DNA of 51,894 nt, from the NCBI GenBank assembly GCA_014729815.1, contig WJJG01000349.1:1-51894 (forward strand). Direction: 5' to 3'. Positions 1 to 9,750 of the stretch are shown here, in pieces. Both the position numbers and the translations under genes were made by a program. The stretch's first letter is position 1, and each line of letters begins with the position of its first letter. The notes under the pieces were generated by a model, which worked only from the letters and a program-made list of their open reading frames with translations, had not been told where the DNA came from and made no database searches. This DNA is from Candidatus Eiseniibacteriota bacterium (GTDB lineage: Bacteria; Eisenbacteria; RBG-16-71-46; CAIMUX01; WJJG01).

Positions 1-138
1 ACTCCCTTCGAGCCTTTGTCAGATCGCTTAGACGGCTCGGTTACCCTTGCCGCCCGACCTCATGCTACGGGGCTGACGGGAACTTGCCCCGGTCGGCACC
101 TCTCAGCCGACAAGAAGAACGTGCCCTTGGCTGGGCAC

Positions 139-3100
139 TCATCTCACCAGCATCACCTGCGTGACCCGCTGCTTCCCATCCCAGCGCAGGCGGAAGAAGT
201 AGGTCCCACTGGGTAGCGGTTGGCCGGCCTCGTCACATCCATCCCAGACGAGATTCCGGGACGCCGGGGCCTCTCCAGGCCGCAGCAATGTGCGCACCAC
301 GCGCCCCGAGATGTCGTGCACGACCAGATCCAGCCCTTCGAGCTCGATCCTGCGATGGATCGTGTAGTGGATCCCCAACGGGGCGCGGCTGGGATTGGGC
401 GCGGCGGCCGCGATCTCACCTGCCGGCAGCTCGCCATCAGCGACACTCGAGAAGCCGGGATCGAAGATCGCGGCATCGGCATCACTCCACGCGCCCCCGC
501 AGGGCGGGACCGTGGCGGTGAAGGTGATCTCCTCGGGGTCGGGGCAGCCGCCGGGATCGGTGACCGTCGCCACATGCGTCTCCGGGTCGATTTCCACGAC
601 CAGGCAGCTCATCCCCGAAGCGGTCCAGCGCACCATCTCGGGCTGTGCGCCGCTCAGATAGTCATCCAACGGAATCGGTGTGAAGGGCGCCGTTTGATCC
701 GGGATGTCGCCCACCACCGGGTGCTCGCTGACCGTGAAGGTCGCATCGTCGCTGGCCAGCGTCCCGAGACCATCCTCGACCGTGAAAGTGATCGTCTCCT
801 GGCCGATCCATCCGGGTGGATAGGTGATCGTGACCACGTTGCCCGCATCGATCTCGACCGTCAGATCGACATTGCCCTCCCAGGACCAACTGAAGGGCGC
901 CACCCCGGTCACGTAGTCGTCGAGATCGAACGGCGTGAACGCATCGCCCGGCAGCACGCACTGGTCGGGGATCCCTTCGAAGGCGAGCTGCAGCGCCCCG
1001 CCGCCGATCTCGTAGAGGCCCGCGCCGCAGCCCGAGATCCAGATGTGGTGGTTCGGGTCGTATCCCAACCCCTCCACCGACGGCGTCGCGGAGTAGAAGA
1101 AGGTGTTGCTCGGCAGGTTGGGCGGGTCGATCAGATCGCCGGAATCATCGAGTCGGTACTGGATGATCACATCCGAGGTCATGTCCGAGATGAACAGCGA
1201 ACCGTTGATGATCTCCATGCCGTCGTGGTGCCCGCCGCCGAGTTGGGGGTGTGTGAAGTCATGGACCCAGGACGCGCCGTCCCAGCGGAAGACCCGGCGA
1301 TTGCCGGTCGTGGCCCACCAATCACCGGTGCGGTCGTTGCGCGCCAGGGTCTGGTTCCCGCCCGGCGCCGGGTCGGGCACTTCGCAGCCGATCGGGTCCC
1401 AGTCGAAGTCCCAGTGGTAGATCGCGCAGCCCATGTAGTCCGCCCATCCGGGCGCGTCGCCGCGGGCGTTGTTGGAGGGCCCGTAGTAGATCCCGGTTTC
1501 GTCGACGTAGAAGGCGTTGTCGTGATTGCTGGCGTAGTAGCCCATGTAGTGCGAGCTGACGAACGTGAAGGTGCGTGGCGCGACGGGCCCGGTGTTGTGC
1601 GGATTGTCCGGGTGCGTGTCCGGGTCGCCGTCCGTCTCCACCCGATAGATGTAGCCGGTCAGATCGCCCTCATAGACCGCTCCGGCAACGAAGAAGACGT
1701 AGTGGGCGCCGGGCAGGCCCTCGATTTGGCCCAGCTCGTCCACGAAGCCGTCGACGCCGCAGACGGCCCCGTGGCCGGGATCCCAGGTCAGATAGAGATA
1801 GAAGTCGTCGGGCGGATGAGGCAAGGCGCCGGCATCGTAGTAGATGTCGTAGTCGTTGTGGCCTTCGTAGCGGAAGTCGGTCCAGGCAATGCCGACCTCC
1901 TCGCTCGTCGCCTGAGTCGGGTCGACCAGCATCCCCGGGCGGCATTCGATGTCGGCGACGGTGTTGAGCGTGCTGATCGAATCCTCCCGTGCCCAGGTGA
2001 GCGGATCGTCGAAGGCCGCGCCGGCGTAGTCGACGTTGAACTCGCTCCAGAAGCCGGCATGCACCATGCCTTCGGAGCGGCTGGTGACCAGATTGACCAT
2101 CTTCTCCCATTCGGTGGTACACGAGATGCAGCGTGCTCCGCTCCAGAGGATCCCGTCCTGCGTGGCCCGGTACCAGACGTCCTCGTCCAGCTCGTCCCAG
2201 AAGCGCGTGTAGGCCACGACCACCGTCGGCACGGCCGCGGAGTTCTTGACCGCACCGATGGCCGGATCGTGCTCGTCGTCGGGATCACTGGTCAGCTGAT
2301 CCGCGGTGCCCCAGCTCGCGCCGTAGTCCGTGCTCGTCATGAAGAAGATGTCCCGACTGGTGGTCGAGCAGGGTGAAGGGTAGTTGTCGAAGGCCACGTG
2401 GAGGTTGCCGCTGCCGAAGGCGATGTCCGGATGGGCGTAGGTCGCGTCGTAGAACTCGCCGGGATAGCCGCAGTAGCCGGCGATCGCATCCGTCGCTTCC
2501 CAGCTAGCGCCGTAGTCCCGCGTGCGCGTGTGTAGCAGCACCCAGTTGTCCACGCCCATGGCGTTGAAGACCAGGTAGGCGTACCAGCCCGGATACTCCG
2601 CGCTGTCGGTGACGATGCGGGGATTGGAGACACCCGGAGCGTTCTCCAGGATCTCGGTCATATCCCAGGTGGCTGGATCGTCGAGATTGATGCGCAACAC
2701 GTAGATCGTCTGCAGCTCGATCGCATTGAATGCCACGAAGAGCCAGTTCTCGTAGCCTTCCCCGATGGCGATCGAGGGGCTGATGAGGTCGACGCCGTAG
2801 ACCGAGAAGATCTCCTGCCAGCGCTCGCCGCCGTCGGTCGACTTGTAGACCAGGCAGGAGCGATCCTCGCCCTCCGCGCCAGCCTCGAAGGCCGCGTAGA
2901 GGGTGCCGGCGGCATCGCTGGCCAGCGCGGGGCGGCATTCGCGGTAGTCCTCGCCCGCTACGAGAAACTCGTGCGGCAGCCAGCGGTCCTGCGCCCCGTC
3001 CTCGCCGCCGACTGCGACCTGCAACGGCAACTCGGTGCGCGGCACGGGACCGGACAGCAACTCGGCAGTCGCGCCGCGGTGGGCGGCCAGCGCCTCTTCG

Positions 3101-3369
3101 GCGCTGCGCATCGCCGCGGGATCGCCGATCTGCTTCGCGGCCCGTACCGCCGCGACCAGACGCGCCTCCTCCGCGCTGAACTGCGGGCGGGGCATCTCGA
3201 GGGTCGTCGCCGGCTCCGCCGCCAGGCGCTGGGCTTCGGCATCGGCGGCCCGAGCGCGCATCGCCGCCGCGCGCTCGGCCCTCTCGTGATCTGCTTCGAT
3301 GTCCACCTGGGCGAGAGCCGGGGTGAGAGACAGAAGAGACAGGAGTCCTAGGAGGGTCAGAGCCTTCAT
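139..3369 (-). CDS. Exported Asp-box (BNR) beta-propeller protein with two Ig-like modules and a FlgD-Ig/T9SS-type C-terminal domain (CTD)
   Basis: ORF 139..3474. I trimmed the start to ATG 3367-3369 (Met36). GGAGG lies 6 nt upstream on the minus strand, and the product then opens with the signal peptide MKALTLLGLLSLLSLTPALAQ. Asp-box motifs: STDGGERW, RTRDYGASW, TSTDYGASW. Tandem Ig-like modules: IPDQCVLPGDAFTPFDLDDYV.. and IPDQTAPFTPIPLDDYL... The C-terminus ..VVHDISGRVVRTLL..LVWDGCDEAGQPLPSGTYFFRLRW..VMLVR fits the CTD pattern shared with 8 other ORFs in this window. Confidence 0.8.
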   Translation of the reverse strand: MKALTLLGLLSLLSLTPALAQVDIEADHERAERAAAMRARAADAEAQRLAAEPATTLEMPRPQFSAEEARLVAAVRAAKQIGDPAAMRSAEEALAAHRGATAELLSGPVPRTELPLQVAVGGEDGAQDRWLPHEFLVAGEDYRECRPALASDAAGTLYAAFEAGAEGEDRSCLVYKSTDGGERWQEIFSVYGVDLISPSIAIGEGYENWLFVAFNAIELQTIYVLRINLDDPATWDMTEILENAPGVSNPRIVTDSAEYPGWYAYLVFNAMGVDNWVLLHTRTRDYGASWEATDAIAGYCGYPGEFYDATYAHPDIAFGSGNLHVAFDNYPSPCSTTSRDIFFMTSTDYGASWGTADQLTSDPDDEHDPAIGAVKNSAAVPTVVVAYTRFWDELDEDVWYRATQDGILWSGARCISCTTEWEKMVNLVTSRSEGMVHAGFWSEFNVDYAGAAFDDPLTWAREDSISTLNTVADIECRPGMLVDPTQATSEEVGIAWTDFRYEGHNDYDIYYDAGALPHPPDDFYLYLTWDPGHGAVCGVDGFVDELGQIEGLPGAHYVFFVAGAVYEGDLTGYIYRVETDGDPDTHPDNPHNTGPVAPRTFTFVSSHYMGYYASNHDNAFYVDETGIYYGPSNNARGDAPGWADYMGCAIYHWDFDWDPIGCEVPDPAPGGNQTLARNDRTGDWWATTGNRRVFRWDGASWVHDFTHPQLGGGHHDGMEIINGSLFISDMTSDVIIQYRLDDSGDLIDPPNLPSNTFFYSATPSVEGLGYDPNHHIWISGCGAGLYEIGGGALQLAFEGIPDQCVLPGDAFTPFDLDDYVTGVAPFSWSWEGNVDLTVEIDAGNVVTITYPPGWIGQETITFTVEDGLGTLASDDATFTVSEHPVVGDIPDQTAPFTPIPLDDYLSGAQPEMVRWTASGMSCLVVEIDPETHVATVTDPGGCPDPEEITFTATVPPCGGAWSDADAAIFDPGFSSVADGELPAGEIAAAAPNPSRAPLGIHYTIHRRIELEGLDLVVHDISGRVVRTLLRPGEAPASRNLVWDGCDEAGQPLPSGTYFFRLRWDGKQRVTQVMLVR

Positions 3370-3508
3370 GATCCACCTCCTGCGCAGCCGGACCGGAGCC
3401 GGAATGTACGATGCGTGACGCGCTGCGCCAATGGTTCCAGGCTGGAGACAAGGAAATGGTAGGCGTTCGAGCAATGAAGAACAAGCCAGCGGTCAGTGCG
3501 CTCTGTTG

Positions 3509-3530
3509 GGCGGGGAATCGCTTTCCCGCC
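3509..3530 (-). terminator. GC-rich hairpin between the pyruvate-kinase-like gene and the next gene (possible terminator or RNA structure)
   Basis: ggcggggaa-tcgc-tttcccgcc forms a 9-bp stem (one G-U pair) with a 4-nt loop. It lies ~180 nt downstream of the stop at 3712. No U-tract follows on the minus strand, so intrinsic-terminator function is uncertain. Confidence 0.2.
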
Positions 3531-3711
3531 AATGGGTTCCCGCTTCTCGCGGACAAGACATCCGATTCGCGAGGCCCCCAGTGACGCATGTGTCACGCTC
3601 GCGAGGCGTCAGCCATCCGATGCTCGTCGCCTGATTCCTTCGCCCGGTCCTGACCGCCGTATGCGGATCGCAGACTCCCTATCCCGACGCGCAGTCGTTG
3701 TCGTATGAAAC

Positions 3712-5901
3712 CTAACGTTCCTTGTACCGGAAGATGATGATGGCGCGATCGTATCCTGGTGAAGTTCCGATTCCCAGCAGTCCAAAAACGATCTGGTTGG
3801 GTTTGATCCGACTCAGTCGCTCGAGTGAGAAGGTGCAGAGTTCCCTCTCGTCCGGATTCCCCATGTGCGCATTCCTTCGCGCGGCGGTGATGATCCCGCT
3901 CAGGAACTCCTCATATCCCTGCCACTCACGCGGCAGCCGCACCGTCCCGTCTGCGACCGGGTCCTCTACGTCCTGTGCGATGACGATCGGAAAGACACCA
4001 TAATAGAAGAGCAGGTTGCGCGCGATCCATTCGCTGGTCGAAAGCGCAATGATTGCCCGACGGGGCCGGTACTTCGGGATCTTCATCACGCTTCCCCCGG
4101 TCAGTGCGTAGGAGAAGATCACGGGAGACCCCGACTGGTCCGAAATCTCGACCATCGGCTTGCCCAGAAGCTCCATGATAGTCGCCGCCTCCGGACTCGC
4201 CTCCGACGTCACACCCGACTCCGCACCGTAGGTCCGGAACTTCTCCAAGTATCTGTCTCGCCGTCTTGGCTCTTGAAGCTCCGCAGTCGCCTTCATGATC
4301 GTTCTCTGCATCTGCTCGAGGGCCTTGAGCGGATACTTTCCAGCCGCCGTCTCCTCCGACAACATCAGCACGTCAGCCCCACACAGCACAGCATTGCGCA
4401 TATCACTGACGTCCGCTCGCGAGGGTCGATCCGCGTTCATCATCGAAGTAAGCATCTGCGTGGCCACGATGACCGCTTTGCCCCTGATATTTGCTCGATC
4501 TGCAAGGCCCTCCTGGATCTCCGGTACGCGCTCGGGCTCGATCTCCGCACCCAGATCGCCGCGCGCGATCATGACGCCCCAGCAGAGCGGTCTGTCCAAT
4601 ATCTCCTCGTAGGGCGCGAACTCCGTGCTGTCTTGCTTGAATGTGCGTTTGCCGAATGCGACCTCCTGCTTCATGAAGCAGTGTGGGGATTCGATCTTGG
4701 CGATTAACTTGATCTTGTCTCGCACGGAGCGACATTCCGTTTCGATGAGATTCGCGACTTCGCGAAGATCGCCGTGTTCCCGCACGAACGAGACGGCCAC
4801 AGAGTCAATCGGCGGCTCTCCCAGAGTCTTCTCGTTCAGGACCCAGCGCAAATAGGCCCGATCAACATCGGATGTGGACCGCGTGACCGAGTCACGTGGA
4901 TTGTTGAAGAAGTTCATACTCTTGCGCAACGCGATGGTCTCTCCGCTCTTCACCACCATCAGTGGATGCAGATGGTCCTCATCAGATGCAAGCAGGAGGC
5001 GCACCCGTCCATTCTCGACGAAGATCGGATCGGACGGCACATGATGCTCAACGTCCAGGCCGAGATCACCCTCATAATCGACCAAGACAACTGAGCATTC
5101 CGAGGATCGGAACGCCCGGTCAGCAGTAACTCGAATCTTCATCCCAGGAGCCAATCGGAGGGCAGCTTGACGCACCTGTTTGACGATCACACTCATCCTG
5201 CGCGAACCCCTCGTTCGCTTGAGATCCAGTGCGGAGTCGTCTTCGATGTCGAGCGGCAGGTTCGACTCGGGCATCGTCTGCGTGACCTCGTACGACACCA
5301 TCGCCCGCATCTCACTCCGAATCCGTTCCACTCGAATGCTACGGGTCCGGCCGCCCACGTTCGCAGTGAAGGTCAGCTTGCGACCTCGCCCCTGCAGTTT
5401 GGTAATGGTCCGCTTGTCCACGACCAGGAGCGGGCGCTCGACCAGTAACCCAGAAGCTCTATCCACCTGCAAATTCTCCGGGACGAATGAGAACGTACTG
5501 CCTTGTGCCAGACGGAGTCGGCCGCGGTCCAAATCGTCGAGCGAGTGCACCCGAAACTTCGCCACCCGAATCTCGGGGCCTCTCAGATCGAACATGATAT
5601 TCACTGGCGTGCACAGCTTGTCGGAAACCTCGCGGATGCGTCGAATGAGATTCAGCAGCTTGTCGCGATCGGCAGGATGGGGCTCGCACTCCCCGGGCTT
5701 GTCCGACGCCAAGCGATAGTGGGAGAGGTTGATGCGCGCAATGTTCATGCCCCCGCGGATCAGCTCTTCGAGCAGGTCGGGTTGCGGGGGATTGTAGACA
5801 GCGGGACCGATCGTGCAGATCACCCCAACACGACGACGGGTACGGCGACTAGACCACTTGATGAGCGCATAGCGCGCATCGCCGACTTGGATGACTTCCA
5901 C
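3712..5901 (-). CDS. pyk: Atypical long pyruvate kinase family protein (729 aa) with an expanded lid (B) domain
   Basis: GTG start at 5899-5901, preceded by AGGAG plus a 6-nt spacer (minus strand). Pyruvate kinase motifs are present in canonical order: VGVICTIGP, MNIARINLSH, DLRGPEIR, IAKIESP, MIARGDLGAEIE, VIVATQMLTSMM, PSRADVSDMRNAV, DVLMLSEETAAGKYP. The segment between DLRGPEIR (aa ~105-112) and the return to the barrel (SVAVSFV, aa ~368) is ~250 aa by my count. Confidence 0.8.
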   Translation of the reverse strand: MEVIQVGDARYALIKWSSRRTRRRVGVICTIGPAVYNPPQPDLLEELIRGGMNIARINLSHYRLASDKPGECEPHPADRDKLLNLIRRIREVSDKLCTPVNIMFDLRGPEIRVAKFRVHSLDDLDRGRLRLAQGSTFSFVPENLQVDRASGLLVERPLLVVDKRTITKLQGRGRKLTFTANVGGRTRSIRVERIRSEMRAMVSYEVTQTMPESNLPLDIEDDSALDLKRTRGSRRMSVIVKQVRQAALRLAPGMKIRVTADRAFRSSECSVVLVDYEGDLGLDVEHHVPSDPIFVENGRVRLLLASDEDHLHPLMVVKSGETIALRKSMNFFNNPRDSVTRSTSDVDRAYLRWVLNEKTLGEPPIDSVAVSFVREHGDLREVANLIETECRSVRDKIKLIAKIESPHCFMKQEVAFGKRTFKQDSTEFAPYEEILDRPLCWGVMIARGDLGAEIEPERVPEIQEGLADRANIRGKAVIVATQMLTSMMNADRPSRADVSDMRNAVLCGADVLMLSEETAAGKYPLKALEQMQRTIMKATAELQEPRRRDRYLEKFRTYGAESGVTSEASPEAATIMELLGKPMVEISDQSGSPVIFSYALTGGSVMKIPKYRPRRAIIALSTSEWIARNLLFYYGVFPIVIAQDVEDPVADGTVRLPREWQGYEEFLSGIITAARRNAHMGNPDERELCTFSLERLSRIKPNQIVFGLLGIGTSPGYDRAIIIFRYKER

Positions 5902-6099
5902 GGCGCTCTCCTCTGATCATCTGACAGTCTCACGGTCACACGTTCCGGGCGAGTCGGGACCCGGCGGACAGCCTACCAGAGCAGACTTCTGATCGGCAAC
6001 AGCGGCCGGGAACCGGGGCCCTGTCTCGCGTCGTGGCTTCGACCCTCGACGCCACTGCATGATGCAACTACCTATTCGGGAAGGACTTCGGCCCGCGAC

Positions 6100-6129
6100 T
6101 TGTCAGGACATCTCGCGACGAAGTAGGAT
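6100..6129 (+). promoter_or_regulatory. Candidate sigma-70-type promoter for the PilZ membrane protein gene
   Basis: TTGTCA (6100-6105), an 18-nt spacer, then TAGGAT (6124-6129). It sits ~70 nt upstream of ATG 6200 in the 298-bp divergent intergenic region. Pattern match only. Confidence 0.2.
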
Positions 6130-6199
6130 TGTAGTTGGACTGCGAAGCGATCTGCAGCACATCGTCTCCTCAACGTCGCCGTGAGAGGGGCGAGCACGT

Positions 6200-7657
6200 A
6201 TGGAGTTTCGTTCCATCCGCCGGGCAGCCCCCAAGACCTTCTGGGTCGGTGTGGCGTTCCTCGGCCTGGTCCTCCTCTATGCTGTCTGGATGCACTCGAG
6301 AATCCCCGAGTCGGTCAACCACATCTTCCTCGTCCTGCTAGCCGTAGTCGGCGTGCACCTGCTCGATCGCGTGCTCCTGCTGAAGGAGGCGGAGGAATTC
6401 GCTGCAAGGCTGAAGGCGGAGGCGGCAGAAGAGCTCAGGGAGCGATTGGATGAATCCGCAGATCGCACCGAGGCCGCATTTCTTCGGAAGCTCAACTTCC
6501 TCAAGGCTGCACGTGAAAGCGCAATCGAGCGCATCTACGTCTCTCGAGCCGAGGCACGTAGCGACATACTGAAGGCAATCGAGGAGGCACGTGAGAAGGC
6601 CTGGATCCTCGCCGTCTCACTCGATCAGACCGTGCGTTTCGACGACATACATGCTGCGCTGGCCAAGAGCCGTTGTCCGGATGTCAACCAGCGCATCCTG
6701 CTACTCAATGGTCTGCGCAGTCCGGCGCTCTTCCGGGCGTTCCTCGAGGAGCCGCCGAGGCATATCCGCCGGATTCTAGAACACGATCGCACCGCGGAGC
6801 CTTCCTCCCGAGATCCCTACTTCGACACCCGCGTCTACGACTGCTTCGCGCGGGCCCTACGCGTGATCGCGCGATTCCCCGATCTGACCGAGAAGGTGCG
6901 CTTCTACTCGCATGCCCCCTCCTGCTGGCTCGTGATTGCCGATGGCGTGGCCTTCTTCGAGCCTTACACATTCGGTCGCGTGGGATCCGACGACCCGGTC
7001 GCACATCCACCGAAGCGCCCTACCCGCGCGCCGCTCTTTGCCTTCGCCGACTCCACACGCTCCGAGGCCTACCAGATCCTCTATCGTCACTTCGACCGTC
7101 TCTGGCGCACGTCAGATACCGATGCCTTCCATGCCAGAGTGACGCTCGAAGAGGACCGCCAGGTCCTGCGGCGCATGTTCGAGACGCGCAGTCGCTGGTT
7201 GCACGAAGTCTATGGCGCTCTCTACGGGGGAGGCGCCGACGGCACCTCCTTGCCCTTGGATCGGCGTCGTCATCCGCGCAAGCTCTGCGCACCGCAACTA
7301 GGGCCGCACATCCTGACGGTTCACTGGCAGGAGGATGGCCGTGACGCGCAGTTGCACGCCGAGGTGCGGGAATCTTCGCTCTCCGGTCTCAGCCTGCTGG
7401 TGCGCGGGGAGCAGTCGTCCCTGCCGACTGTAGGCACGGAGGTCTCCCTCAGTTGCGAGCAGGAGTGCGAGGACACGATCGTCGAGCGGATGACGAACTA
7501 CTTCACCTCGCGCGATCTGATCGTCGCGCGCGATGTACATATGCAGAGCGAGGGCACCGAGGAGGTCGGAATTCTCGCGCTCAAGGTTCTCGACCTGCCC
7601 TCCAGCGATGCTGGTGGAGAGGACGACCCGCTGGCGAGTGGCGGCCGGCCCGTGTAG
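6200..7657 (+). CDS. Membrane-anchored PilZ-domain protein (2 TM helices, coiled coil, unknown central domain, C-terminal PilZ)
   Basis: ATG at 6200. There are two hydrophobic helices (FWVGVAFLGLVLLYAVWM and VNHIFLVLLAVVGVHLL), then a charged helical stretch (KEAEEFAARLKAEAAEELRERL..). The C-terminus carries the bipartite PilZ signature RRxxxR (DRRRHPRK, nt ~7258-7281) and a [D/N]xSxxG-like motif (ESSLSGLS, nt ~7370-7393). Confidence 0.7.
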   Translation: MEFRSIRRAAPKTFWVGVAFLGLVLLYAVWMHSRIPESVNHIFLVLLAVVGVHLLDRVLLLKEAEEFAARLKAEAAEELRERLDESADRTEAAFLRKLNFLKAARESAIERIYVSRAEARSDILKAIEEAREKAWILAVSLDQTVRFDDIHAALAKSRCPDVNQRILLLNGLRSPALFRAFLEEPPRHIRRILEHDRTAEPSSRDPYFDTRVYDCFARALRVIARFPDLTEKVRFYSHAPSCWLVIADGVAFFEPYTFGRVGSDDPVAHPPKRPTRAPLFAFADSTRSEAYQILYRHFDRLWRTSDTDAFHARVTLEEDRQVLRRMFETRSRWLHEVYGALYGGGADGTSLPLDRRRHPRKLCAPQLGPHILTVHWQEDGRDAQLHAEVRESSLSGLSLLVRGEQSSLPTVGTEVSLSCEQECEDTIVERMTNYFTSRDLIVARDVHMQSEGTEEVGILALKVLDLPSSDAGGEDDPLASGGRPV

Positions 7658-8021
7658 CACGACCCGCCATCGTCACGCCCTGCGAAGCCGTTCCCGGCTT
7701 GGTTCCGCTCAGCAGGCCCATGCAGTTCCTGCTTGCCACCCGGCTCCAAGTCTGGTCGAATGGTCCTGCGGTCGGCAGGCTGTTGGACCCCACCCCCACG
7801 GGCATCGCACCAGGATCCGCCACCCCACACAGATCCGCTCGCCTGGGGCATGTGACGAAGTCCCCCGGTTTGCTGGGGCTCCGTGACGAAGTCCCCGGTT
7901 CGTTTGCCTGCCGAACCGAAGCGTCCGAGCCGCATCGACGCTTGCGGACAGAGGACCAGAATCGCCCCGGATGTCGAGGCTTTTGGCTCGCCATCCCGGC
8001 GGAGAGCCACGGAGGTCTACG

Positions 8022-9476
8022 ATGAAGAAGGATGAGCCCAAGCCCACGACCAACGATGCCGGCATGCCGGTACCCAGCGACGAGTTCTCGCTGACCGTCG
8101 GCCCGGACGGACCCATCCTGCTGCAGGATCACTACCTGATCGAGCAGATGGCCAACTTCAATCGCGAGCGGATCCCCGAGCGCCAGCCGCATGCCAAGGG
8201 CTCGGGCGCCTTCGGGCACTTCCAGGTGACCCAAGATGTCAGCGCCTTCACCAAGGCGGCGGTCTTCCAGCCCGGGACGAAGACCGACACGCTGATCCGC
8301 TTCTCCAGCGTCGCTGGTGAGCGCGGCAGCCCCGACACCTGGCGCGACCCGCGCGGCTTCGCGCTGAAGTTCTACACGCCCGAGGGCAACTACGACATGG
8401 TCGGCAACAACACCCCGGTCTTCTTCGTGCGCGATCCGATGAAGTTCCAGCACTTCATCCGCTCGCAGAAGCGGCGGGCCGACAACGGCCTGCGCGATCA
8501 CGACATGCAGTGGGACTTCTGGACGCTCTCCCCCGAATCCGCCCACCAGGTCACCTGGTTGATGGGCGATCGCGGGATCCCGAAGACCTGGCGCCACATG
8601 AACGGCTACTCGAGCCACACCTACATGTGGGTCAACGCCCAAGGCGAGCGCTTCTGGGTGAAGTACCACTTCAAGACGGATCAGGGCATCGACTTCCTCA
8701 CGCAGGAGGAAGCCGATCGCATCGCCGGCATCGACGCCGACTATCACCGCCGCGACCTGTTCGAGGCGATCAAGCGCGGGGAGTATCCAACGTGGACGCT
8801 GAAGGTGCAGATCATGCCCTTCGAGGAGGCCGAGAGCTACCGCTTCAATCCGTTCGATCTGACCAAGGTCTGGCCCCACGGCGACTACCCGCTGCACGAG
8901 GTCGGCCGGCTGACGCTGGACCGCAATCCAACCGACTTCCATACCGAGATCGAGCAGGCGGCCTTCGAGCCGAACAGCTTCGTTCCCGGCATCGGACCCA
9001 GTCCCGACAAGATGCTCCTGGCGCGCCTCTTCTCCTACGCCGATGCCCATCGCGCCCGCTTGGGCGTCAACTACAAGCAGATCCCGGTCAATCGTCCCAA
9101 GTGCCCGATGCACAGCTACAGCAAGGATGGAGCCATGCGTGTCGAGAACGTCTCGGATCCGGTCTACGCACCGAACTCGAAGGGTGGGCCCAAGGCCGAC
9201 GGGGAGCGCTATCCGCAGGTGGAAGTGTGGAAGGCCAGCGGTGATTTCGTGCGCGCCGCCTACACATTGCGCAAGGACGACGATGATTGGGGTCAGGCCG
9301 GCACCCTGGTGCGCAAGGTGATGGACGACGCCCAGCGCGACCGAGTGGTCTCCAATGTCGCCGGACATCTGCAGAAGGGCGTCACCGAGCCGGTTCTGAA
9401 GCGCGCGCTGGAGTACTGGCGCAACATCGATCAGCAGATCGGCGAGCGAATCGCCAAGGCCGTCGAAGCGCGCTAG
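8022..9476 (+). CDS. katA: Monofunctional heme catalase (small-subunit type, 484 aa)
   Basis: ORF 7971..9476. I trimmed the start to ATG 8022 because GGAGG lies at 8011-8015. Hallmark motifs: [20 protein letters not shown] (distal His region), VFFVRDP, and [17 protein letters not shown] (proximal Tyr ligand motif). Confidence 0.93.
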   Translation: MKKDEPKPTTNDAGMPVPSDEFSLTVGPDGPILLQDHYLIEQMANFNRERIPERQPHAKGSGAFGHFQVTQDVSAFTKAAVFQPGTKTDTLIRFSSVAGERGSPDTWRDPRGFALKFYTPEGNYDMVGNNTPVFFVRDPMKFQHFIRSQKRRADNGLRDHDMQWDFWTLSPESAHQVTWLMGDRGIPKTWRHMNGYSSHTYMWVNAQGERFWVKYHFKTDQGIDFLTQEEADRIAGIDADYHRRDLFEAIKRGEYPTWTLKVQIMPFEEAESYRFNPFDLTKVWPHGDYPLHEVGRLTLDRNPTDFHTEIEQAAFEPNSFVPGIGPSPDKMLLARLFSYADAHRARLGVNYKQIPVNRPKCPMHSYSKDGAMRVENVSDPVYAPNSKGGPKADGERYPQVEVWKASGDFVRAAYTLRKDDDDWGQAGTLVRKVMDDAQRDRVVSNVAGHLQKGVTEPVLKRALEYWRNIDQQIGERIAKAVEAR

Positions 9477-9750
9477 CCCCAGGCGGGGCGGGCGATATGC
9501 GGAGCGAGTGCGTCCAGGTGCGATCGGGGGGGCGGGTCGCGCGGCTTGCGTATCGCCCGCCCTGTGTCTCGCCTGCCCCGCTGGATGCATTCACGCCTCC
9601 TTCTCTGCCATCCCCGGCGCCCATGGGATCGGCTTCTCCCGCGGCGCCCCCCCTCGCCTCTCCTGTGCGGCCTTGCCGCACCTAGCGTATACTCACGGTG
9701 TACGCATGCTCGTTCTGCCGCCGCTCGTTCCGCCAGCAAGGAGAGACGCC

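Noticed and set aside
220-2376. 718-aa plus-strand ORF antisense to the first CTD protein
   Set aside because: Its composition is Arg/Gly/Ala/Pro/Asp-rich with no recognisable motif, signal peptide or RBS. The opposite strand carries Asp-box motifs, a signal peptide and a CTD. This is a typical high-GC shadow ORF.
139-3474. Upstream extensions of track ORFs (139-3474, 7971-, 9508-, 16631-, 19265-21001, 21179-23110, 23123-23869, 35865-, 47680-49527, 50328-50807)
   Set aside because: In each case an internal ATG has a Shine-Dalgarno-like GGAGG/AAGGAG 5-9 nt upstream and starts a signal peptide or the conserved domain. The longer extensions are Arg/Pro-rich read-through of intergenic DNA.
7581-9590. 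669-aa minus-strand ORF covering the catalase gene
   Set aside because: It is antisense to an unmistakable catalase with heme-ligand motifs. The product is low-complexity and Arg/Gly/Leu/Ala-rich.
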